The position numbers and the translations under genes were made by a program. Positions 57,482 through 64,000 of a DNA stretch of 64,000 bases are shown piece by piece. Each line of letters starts with the position of its first letter. The first letter of the stretch is position 1. The DNA lies in IMG/VR virus record IMGVR_UViG_3300031993_000072, positions 1,330 to 65,329 of that record. One strand, written 5' to 3'. The notes under the pieces were generated by a model. That model made no database searches. It worked only from the letters and a program-made list of their open reading frames with translations, and had not been told where the DNA came from. The DNA comes from a virus. Taxonomy: Duplodnaviria; Caudoviricetes.

Positions 57482-57874
57482 TTATTCTTCAACCGCTTCG
57501 GCCTTTTTCTTGTCATCGGCCGCCTTAAATGTGATCTCATATGCACCATAGGCGGCCAGGGCCACAATGACGGCATTTACCGCTGTAAGTGCAACGTCGC
57601 TCCATGTCAGTCCGGTTGTAAATGCAGTAGCCAGGAGCATAATAATCAGTGCAATAACGTAAGCGACAATCCTGGTCGGGATATGCCAGATCTTGTCAAG
57701 CGGGAGTTTAAGCAGCTGAACAATCAGCAGCGTTGCCGTGGTAGCACCCGCTACGGTGGCAAGCTGCGCCCACGAGAAGGGATCCACAGGGAGATTCCCC
57801 CCTTCAGCCAACGCCACAATGGGCAGCAGGACCAGGAAGGTCATAAACAGAAGCAGTACGAAAACCTTTTTCAT
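57482..57874 (-). CDS. Holin-like membrane protein
   Basis: Multiple TM segments; charged C-terminus; in the lysis cassette. Confidence 0.7.
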   Translation of the reverse strand: MKKVFVLLLFMTFLVLLPIVALAEGGNLPVDPFSWAQLATVAGATTATLLIVQLLKLPLDKIWHIPTRIVAYVIALIIMLLATAFTTGLTWSDVALTAVNAVIVALAAYGAYEITFKAADDKKKAEAVEE

Positions 57875-58350
57875 TTCCAGTCATCCTCCTTGTAAATGTG
57901 ATCGATAAGGTAATTACTGATAGCAGCCTGCGTTCTTTTGAGTTTCTCAGTGTTGCTGCCATTAACCTCATGTGACAACAGAGCAGACATTCCGTGGAGT
58001 AATGCCCTTGTGTCATCGTCCAGCCGATCTACTCTGTCATCCTGGGCATTCAGCCGGCGCTCATGTGAGTCAATGTCAGTTCTGTCGTTGTCAAGCCGTT
58101 GGTTGATTTCTTCAAATTTCTCGTCCAGGGTCGGAGTCAGTTTCGCGATCACCTTATCCGCAATGCGGTCGGTGATGTCCTGGCCGTTTACCTCGCGGCG
58201 CTCTCTCCGTCGCTTCATTGCGTTACGGAACACATCCATGACTTTGTCGCCGAGAACCACCAGCGCCATCAATCCGACAAGAACGACCAGGAATGTCCAG
58301 ATCATGTCGGGCGAGATGCCTTCAATTTTCGGCAACTGCTGTTCAGACAT
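57871..58350 (-). CDS. Single-TM coiled-coil lysis-associated protein
   Basis: One TM segment then coiled coil; between the endolysin and holin genes. Confidence 0.55.
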   Translation of the reverse strand: MSEQQLPKIEGISPDMIWTFLVVLVGLMALVVLGDKVMDVFRNAMKRRRERREVNGQDITDRIADKVIAKLTPTLDEKFEEINQRLDNDRTDIDSHERRLNAQDDRVDRLDDDTRALLHGMSALLSHEVNGSNTEKLKRTQAAISNYLIDHIYKEDDWK

Positions 58351-58365
58351 TGTCTTCAACCCCCT

Positions 58366-59319
58366 TTACTCTTTCTTTTTGTCTGCCGCAGGATACTCTG
58401 CGATCAGTGCATTCGCCTGCTGAAGCGTAAGATGCGGAATGGTTACGGTGTACAGTTCCCTCGAAGGTGTTGGTTCTCCGCCGGCCGCATCGATCAGCGC
58501 CTGCCAGGTCTGCGGACCTACCACGCCGTCAACGGCAAGTTTCTGCCCGTCGGATGTGGTATGCGTCCGCTGGAAATCCTTTACAGCATTGTAAGTGCGT
58601 GTACCGAACTTGCCGTCATCATTGTAGGGTGACAGATCGTACCCAAGCTTCATCAGCAGTTGCTGACAATAGCGGACGTCTTCGCCGGAATCACCTTTCC
58701 GGATGGTAGGATGTGTGGGCATAGGTGTGTTACCTCCAAGTCCCTTTGGGATCGCATAATGCGTCCAATGCTTGTTGGCAATTGAACTTCTCTTTACAGT
58801 ACCGGAACACTCAACGATATCTCCTCCGCCGATGTGTTCTCCCATATGTCCCATGTTCTGATTTTTGTCACTCCATTGGAACACACAGCAAACCGTGTCG
58901 CGTGGCATTTTATCAATGGTACCTTTTTCGGCCCAATTGGAGTTGTTCCCCCACATGGTAGTGCATCCGCCGCCAAGCAGGATAATACCAACGCGTTTGT
59001 GAAGCTGCTTCACGAATCCCTGGCAATCGTCGAACAACGTTCTGCGGTTTCCAGGATAGAATGTGCATCCGCCGCATGATTTGGAACTGTTGCTGAGTGC
59101 CTGGCATGTCTTTTTGATTTGTTCCTTTTCCTCGGCCGGGCATGTATCTCTGTTAATATATGCCTGTCGATTACCAGGAGTACATGACACGCCGGCCGCG
59201 CCCCAAACATAAGGCCAGCCGATTTCAGCGAGACCGGTTTTCACAATGAGTTGCTCTTTACTCATTCCCTGCCGCTTCCATTGATCAAACATCTCGTCTA
59301 CTTCTGCCGCACAGTACAT
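58366..59319 (-). CDS. Endolysin (NlpC/P60-type catalytic domain plus peptidoglycan-binding domain)
   Basis: GWPYVWG...DCQG...H; TIRKGDSGEDV...DGKFG...DGVVGPQTW. Confidence 0.88.
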   Translation of the reverse strand: MYCAAEVDEMFDQWKRQGMSKEQLIVKTGLAEIGWPYVWGAAGVSCTPGNRQAYINRDTCPAEEKEQIKKTCQALSNSSKSCGGCTFYPGNRRTLFDDCQGFVKQLHKRVGIILLGGGCTTMWGNNSNWAEKGTIDKMPRDTVCCVFQWSDKNQNMGHMGEHIGGGDIVECSGTVKRSSIANKHWTHYAIPKGLGGNTPMPTHPTIRKGDSGEDVRYCQQLLMKLGYDLSPYNDDGKFGTRTYNAVKDFQRTHTTSDGQKLAVDGVVGPQTWQALIDAAGGEPTPSRELYTVTIPHLTLQQANALIAEYPAADKKKE

Positions 59320-59334
59320 CTATCTACCTCCTTT

Positions 59335-59382
59335 CACAAGAAAAAGCACCGAATGTAAGATTGCTCTCACCATTCGGTGCCT
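59335..59382 (-). terminator. Terminator upstream of the endolysin gene
   Basis: GCACCGAATG/CATTCGGTGC stem followed by a T-run on the minus strand. Confidence 0.75.
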
Positions 59383-59403
59383 CAACATATTATATCACTT
59401 TGA

Positions 59404-59432
59404 ATTATACACAACACATTGTGTGTTTGCAA
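59404..59432 (-). promoter_or_regulatory. Strong sigmaA promoter upstream of the lysis cassette
   Basis: TTGCAA-17-TATAAT with extended TG on the minus strand; ACACA-t-TGTGT palindrome in the spacer. Confidence 0.75.
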
Positions 59433-59444
59433 TACTTTCAGCTA

Positions 59445-60413
59445 CTATTCCTCGTATCCTTCCATGTACCGGCTCAGATCGAGTTCCTCCCCGTTTGCAG
59501 GCATGGACAGGATCCCCGTTTCCTCAAGAAGATTCACATGCGGAATGAACAGTTCTTTCACCATCTGGTTAAGTTCCGGCGATACGTGGACCGGAGCCGC
59601 GTTCATCAGTGTTTCAAGGCACCATTCGCAGTCGCCGAAGATCCGCTGGAATGATTCCTTTGTGAAGATGAAACCGCGTTCCTTCAGCAACTGAATCAGC
59701 GCCCTGGGGAATTCAAAATGCAGTGCGAAGCATTCCGCATCATGCATCTGTGAACTGCTGCTGATCTGCTTTGTATGTCCCAGATAGATATGTCCGAGTT
59801 CAACAGCCAGGGCCAGCCTATTCTTTCCCTGCGGCGCGTCCCGGTTCACAGCGAAAATGTAGTGTTCCTGGCCTTCCTCTGTCGTGTAGACCGTGGACAT
59901 AACCATATCGTTCGCCTGCCGGAATGCTTTCAGTTTCGTGTTCAGAATGATGGAATCCAATTCTTCCGGATCAGAGAACGAGACCATCGTTGCCAGAAGA
60001 GACTGCTGCAGAACTTTGTGCGGATATATCGGCGCCCGAGAAATATCAAACTTGATCAATGCACGGGCGGCCTGTGTCGCCGCCGTGGTGCAGTCGATGG
60101 TAGCCAGCGTATTGATCGTCCAGTATCCGCCAGGATCCAATGCCTGTTCATTGGATTCCAGGAGTTTCTTCGCCACTTTGTCCAGATTCTCAGACGGATT
60201 CACTCCCCGCTCATCCGTCCATCCCATGAGATACGGCCTGGTCACCTTGAAAAGATTTGCAAGCTGGTGGATCCTCTCCGTCGGGATCGTAGAGATTGCT
60301 CCGCTTTCATATTTAAGGACAGTCGCCCGGCCTACACCGATTTTGTTCGCGACCTCCTCCAATGTCATCTTCTTTTCTTTCCGAAGGCTTTTGATCCGTT
60401 CTCCTACTGTCAT
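59445..60413 (-). CDS. XRE HTH fused to an ImmA/IrrE-like domain with a degenerate HExxH
   Basis: MTLEEVANKIGVGRATVLKYESG; RLALAVELGHIYLGH. Confidence 0.7.
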   Translation of the reverse strand: MTVGERIKSLRKEKKMTLEEVANKIGVGRATVLKYESGAISTIPTERIHQLANLFKVTRPYLMGWTDERGVNPSENLDKVAKKLLESNEQALDPGGYWTINTLATIDCTTAATQAARALIKFDISRAPIYPHKVLQQSLLATMVSFSDPEELDSIILNTKLKAFRQANDMVMSTVYTTEEGQEHYIFAVNRDAPQGKNRLALAVELGHIYLGHTKQISSSSQMHDAECFALHFEFPRALIQLLKERGFIFTKESFQRIFGDCEWCLETLMNAAPVHVSPELNQMVKELFIPHVNLLEETGILSMPANGEELDLSRYMEGYEE

Positions 60414-60539
60414 GGCAACCACCTCCATGGCTGCATTCTATCATAAGATTGCATGGAAGGAAACAACTTAACAATTATTTAATACTTTGTTTCTTCTTAT
60501 GCAACACAAAAAGGCTATAATCGTTTCATAATAGGAAAC

Positions 60540-60833
60540 TTGTTGAATGAAAGGAGCAACTCTATGGACGAAGTATTGAAAAAAATGATCCGTGCATCAG
60601 AGAAAGCACGGAAGATTGATGCGGTTCTGAAACCACTTGGGTATTCTGACAATCCGTTCTTCGACATCTTTGGGGACATTGCGGATGCTGTTTATTCCCT
60701 TGTTGGAGAGAAGAAGGACAACTTTGAAGAATCCGCGACGTACTGGGCATTGACCGGCGACGTCTTGCCGGAGGAAGACAAACTGGACATCCTCCTGGAA
60801 ATATACAGAAAAAATCGACCCGCTCGGTTGTGA
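60540..60833 (+). CDS. Hypothetical protein, divergent from the HTH gene
   Basis: AAGGAG RBS; terminator follows. Confidence 0.6.
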   Translation: MLNERSNSMDEVLKKMIRASEKARKIDAVLKPLGYSDNPFFDIFGDIADAVYSLVGEKKDNFEESATYWALTGDVLPEEDKLDILLEIYRKNRPARL

Positions 60834-60848
60834 GCGGGTCTTTTTCTT
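60818..60848. terminator. Bidirectional terminator
   Basis: GACCCGCTC-ggttgt-GAGCGGGTC followed by TTTTT. Confidence 0.75.
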
Positions 60849-61164
60849 AGTACCTGGGATACATCGGAGGCATCCATTCCGGATAGTGTCCGGAGTATCC
60901 GTCCATATCCCGGCTGGTGTACCGGCCCATGCGATCCCGACCGCGGGCATAGGATCCATCCATACCGTCACGGTACGAACGGCCGCCTTCGTAGGAGTCC
61001 CGCATGGCATGGTACGTTGCGGCGCTCTTCAGAGCATGGTACAGCAGGTCAGCTTTTTCCGCGTCCTGCACGGACATTTCGTCCACTTCCCCGGTTCCGT
61101 ACTTCCGGTCCAGCTTTTCCAGTTCCTTGCACATTGCTTCTTCCAGATTTTCGTAGTGTTTCAT
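60847..61164 (-). CDS. Hypothetical protein with an RGRDRMGRY motif
   Basis: Last gene of the accessory cluster. Confidence 0.65.
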   Translation of the reverse strand: MKHYENLEEAMCKELEKLDRKYGTGEVDEMSVQDAEKADLLYHALKSAATYHAMRDSYEGGRSYRDGMDGSYARGRDRMGRYTSRDMDGYSGHYPEWMPPMYPRY

Positions 61165-61178
61165 CTGTCACACCCCCG

Positions 61179-61898
61179 TCAAGCGGTCTTTGCGACCGCT
61201 GCCGTAGGAGAGATGGCCGCCAGAAGCTGCTGGGTCTGCTGATACTGAGACGCGGCCAGGTTGGCCATGTTCAGCTGGTTCTGCAGTGCCAGGATCTGCT
61301 CGTTCTTCGCGTCGATCTTGTCCTGGCAAATGACGTCAAGCACTCGCTGGACACCGGCGTTCTGATTCTCAACAATCGTCCGGACGCCGTCACTCAGCAC
61401 CTGCCGGTCGGCACAATGCTCGGCCAGGATCGTCGCGGTCTGGTTCGCCGTGGCAAGACGGTTTTCACAGCAGCAGGACTGCAGGGCAGAAGACAGGTCG
61501 AAGTTCTGCTGCATACTGGCCATCTGCCTGCTGTTCGCAGCGATCTCGCTCTGGGCAAAACCGTTGCTGATCGCAGCAGTTACGCCGCCAAATCCGCCGC
61601 ACAGCTGGGTCTGCAGGTCACCGAAACCGGACGTCACAGCGTTGCTCACGCCGGTAATGCCGGTCATCAGAGCAGACTGGTCGAAACCGCGCTGCACATC
61701 GTTGTTGGTGTTCATCCACGGGATGGCATTGCCGCCGCCGAATCCGCCGAAGCCATTGCCCCAGCCACCGCCGAGACACAGCAGCAGAAGAATGATCCAC
61801 CATGCACCACCGTCAGCACCGAATCCGAATCCGCCGCCATTGTTGTACCCGCCCATAGGGGTTACGGGCATAATGAGGTTGCCATTTGTGTCAGTCAT
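61179..61898 (-). CDS. Gly-rich membrane / coiled-coil protein with a CCC motif
   Basis: GGAWWIILLLLCLGGGWG...QSCCCENRL...QNQL. Confidence 0.7.
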   Translation of the reverse strand: MTDTNGNLIMPVTPMGGYNNGGGFGFGADGGAWWIILLLLCLGGGWGNGFGGFGGGNAIPWMNTNNDVQRGFDQSALMTGITGVSNAVTSGFGDLQTQLCGGFGGVTAAISNGFAQSEIAANSRQMASMQQNFDLSSALQSCCCENRLATANQTATILAEHCADRQVLSDGVRTIVENQNAGVQRVLDVICQDKIDAKNEQILALQNQLNMANLAASQYQQTQQLLAAISPTAAVAKTA

Positions 61899-62064
61899 TG
61901 TCTTTGATTCCTTTCGTTTATTTTCCATTCGTCTATGCGCATCTCGACGAAAAGAATCAAATTGAGCAATATAATGTCCGTTTTTGCAGAAAACTCTGCA
62001 AATTTTCCATTTATAATGCAGGATTTTGCATTTTCTCGGAAAAAATGATCGGTTTTTTCCAAGT

Positions 62065-62358
62065 TTATTTGCCGGCCATTTGCCTTGCCATCTGAATCAT
62101 CTGCGGATTTACCCGCCCGGTCTGTTGCATCCACTGAATGATCTGTTCCGGATCGTTCCGGATCTCCGCAGGTACATCCGGCATAAACTGCTGGATCATC
62201 TGCTGCGGATTTTGTAATCCGCTGGCAAGCTGTCTGGCACGTTGCAGGACATTCTGTACGGCACCAAACGGGCCGCCTGGGATCGTCTGTGTCTGTTGGG
62301 CCATGCCGGCCTGTTGGCCTGTAAAACCGCCCGTCAACGCCTTGAAAAGAGGATTCAT
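62065..62358 (-). CDS. Small Gln/Met-rich hypothetical protein
   Basis: MNPLFKAL...NDPEQIIQWMQQTGRV. Confidence 0.65.
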   Translation of the reverse strand: MNPLFKALTGGFTGQQAGMAQQTQTIPGGPFGAVQNVLQRARQLASGLQNPQQMIQQFMPDVPAEIRNDPEQIIQWMQQTGRVNPQMIQMARQMAGK

Positions 62359-62360
62359 TT

Positions 62361-62828
62361 TTACGCCTCCTTCGCAGCGGTCCTCCGGGAGGATCCGCTG
62401 GCATTCACCGAATTGATCGCATCCATCAGTTCCTGTTTCATCCGTTCCATGTCATCCTTCCGGACGTACTGTGCCATGTCCGGCTTTTCCGCTTCAGATG
62501 CTCCGCTTGTTGCCGGTCCGGTACCGCGGTGTTCTTCCAGCGTGTAATGGGCCTTCTGTAGGGGATTCGGCATACCCATTGGGTTTACGGACTTGAGATA
62601 GATGACCGTGTCATTCGTGTCCCACAGGGCAATCGGCTGGTTCGCCGGAAGTCCGGCCGGCATTTGGTACGCTTTCGCACCAACTTCCCCGTCCACCCAG
62701 ATCAGTCCGCCCGTCTGCTGTGGTTGTGCGGCCGGCTGTACCTGCGGGGTCTGCAGCTGCGGATACATCTGCTGTCCGATTCCGCTGTAGAAATTTGGCT
62801 GGTAGGTTGTCGGCAGGTAGTTTGGCAT
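62361..62828 (-). CDS. Hypothetical protein (Gln-rich N-terminus, IWVDGE motif)
   Basis: LIWVDGEVGAKAY...LWD...IYLKS. Confidence 0.7.
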   Translation of the reverse strand: MPNYLPTTYQPNFYSGIGQQMYPQLQTPQVQPAAQPQQTGGLIWVDGEVGAKAYQMPAGLPANQPIALWDTNDTVIYLKSVNPMGMPNPLQKAHYTLEEHRGTGPATSGASEAEKPDMAQYVRKDDMERMKQELMDAINSVNASGSSRRTAAKEA

Positions 62829-62831
62829 TTG

Positions 62832-63209
62832 TTATTCCACCCTTCTAAAAAAATATGTCGGCACTTCATCTCCGCTGTCCCATGCGTCCAGGTAATTTCC
62901 GTCCCGGATACAGACCGCATGGGATCCTGTTCCGATAACGTAGGTTCCTTTTCTGTATCTCCTGCAGAAGGACCGGACGTCGATACATTCCGGGCAGGAT
63001 TCCGGCAGCAGAAATTTCTCAAATCCGTGCAGTTTGAGATACAGTTCCCACAGCCAGTTCACACTTGGCATAGTGCAATGTTTTCTGCTCAATGCACACA
63101 GATCTATATGCACGTCACGCCATGGACGATCTGTCGCAATGGATATTGCCCGTACAACGCAGTCCGGTTCCTCCTGTCTGCATGGATTCGGGTTTGCATA
63201 AATCCACAT
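62832..63209 (-). CDS. Papain-like fold protein (putative cysteine hydrolase)
   Basis: NPNP...DCVVRAI...SHAVCI...DAWDS. Confidence 0.55.
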   Translation of the reverse strand: MWIYANPNPCRQEEPDCVVRAISIATDRPWRDVHIDLCALSRKHCTMPSVNWLWELYLKLHGFEKFLLPESCPECIDVRSFCRRYRKGTYVIGTGSHAVCIRDGNYLDAWDSGDEVPTYFFRRVE

Positions 63210-63401
63210 TTACGCGCTTTGATGCGGAAATATTCCGCAGTCCTCCAGGACCATGTCTACGGTCCTATCGTCTTCCGGCCGCAGATCCATCAGCGCAGCA
63301 GTCATCAGCAGCATTGCATATGCATCTCCGGCGTTCATCCCTGTTTCAGACGTAAGTCTGTGAATCGCGTTTTTACATTCTTTCGGATAGCCAAGATCCA
63401 T
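63210..63401 (-). CDS. Small hypothetical protein
   Basis: GGAGG RBS. Confidence 0.5.
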   Translation of the reverse strand: MDLGYPKECKNAIHRLTSETGMNAGDAYAMLLMTAALMDLRPEDDRTVDMVLEDCGIFPHQSA

Positions 63402-63498
63402 ATCTCGTCCACCTCCTGTCTGTAGTTTCTCATAAGGAAACTGTTTCTTAAAGTGAAACAAAGTGTAATTTAAGTGGAATTTAAGTGGATTTAAAAGC

Positions 63499-63533
63499 AA
63501 AAAAAAGACCGCACCGAGCATTTCGGTGCGGTC
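63499..63533 (-). terminator. Terminator at the end of the tail operon
   Basis: GACCGCACCGA-5nt-TCGGTGCGGTC followed by a T-run on the minus strand. Confidence 0.85.
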
Positions 63534-63546
63534 AGCATGGATTTAA

Positions 63547-63675
63547 TTATTCGTCTTCCGATTCATCGACTTCATCACATGCATCTTCCCTGGAAACATT
63601 GACCAGCGCTGAGACGAACATCCCTGCGACAAAGCAGATAAATCCTATAAAGATCACCCATCCCCAGTGAATCAT
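63547..63675 (-). CDS. Small membrane protein (not in ORF track)
   Basis: MIHWGWVIFIGFICFVAGMFVSALV...EDE. Confidence 0.55.
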   Translation of the reverse strand: MIHWGWVIFIGFICFVAGMFVSALVNVSREDACDEVDESEDE

Positions 63676-64000
63676 TATACCACCTCATTCTGTTCCGGTT
63701 CCGGTTCCGGTGTCAGTGGAGTCATGTCCGGGTATCCACCCCACGATTTGCTGTCGATCTGCTTGCCGTCAGAAGTGCGGATGATAGACACCACCCAACC
63801 GACACGGTTCTGAGCATCTGCCATCGTCAGCGTGAGTGCTTCTGCTTTGAATTCTGCCTGTGCAGCGAGAAGGGCAATCTCCTGCTCCCCGTTGGGGTTT
63901 TCTTCGGTTGCCTTGTAGGAACGAGAGTCGAATGATTTCGGGTATCCTTGCACATCGGAAAGGACACCTTGCGGATTGTTCTCGCTGACTACGATCTGGG
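63675..64000 (-). CDS. 3' part of a hypothetical tail-associated protein
   Basis: The reading frame extends to the window edge. Confidence 0.5.
   Translation of the reverse strand, partial: QIVVSENNPQGVLSDVQGYPKSFDSRSYKATEENPNGEQEIALLAAQAEFKAEALTLTMADAQNRVGWVVSIIRTSDGKQIDSKSWGGYPDMTPLTPEPEPEQNEVV

Overview
The window is about 64 kb of one temperate long-tailed phage genome, probably infecting a gut or rumen Clostridia-type Bacillota host (inference from gene content and sigmaA-type promoters). It appears to be the non-integrated form: an intact attP, made of the 3' half of tRNA-Ser(GCT) flanked by arm repeats, has phage genes on both sides. Layout, left to right: (1) 1-19.9 kb, minus strand: tail, head, portal and terL genes, with a glycosyltransferase inserted between the decoration and major capsid genes. 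(2) 20.0-29.1 kb, plus strand: a block that separates terL from terS. It holds 10-bp-phased repeat tracts, a strong promoter, a structured leader, about 20 small genes separated by nine covarying hairpin elements, and a serine recombinase. (3) 29.3-54.7 kb, minus strand: terS, glycosyltransferase/methyltransferase genes, an iteron origin, replication and recombination genes, and two PAPS-reductase-like genes. (4) cro/cI, integrase, attP and a full tmRNA. (5) Lysis genes and accessory genes. The two strongest candidates for novel systems are (a) a RAMP/Cas7-like gene (52747-53487) followed directly by a non-coding array of 8 units built from strictly phased GGY-NN pentamers (52294-52742), which suggests a non-CRISPR programmable guide-RNA system, and (b) the hairpin-delimited, integron-like gene-cassette array (22.7-27.6 kb). 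All protein family calls come from recognising motifs by eye; no database searches were run.
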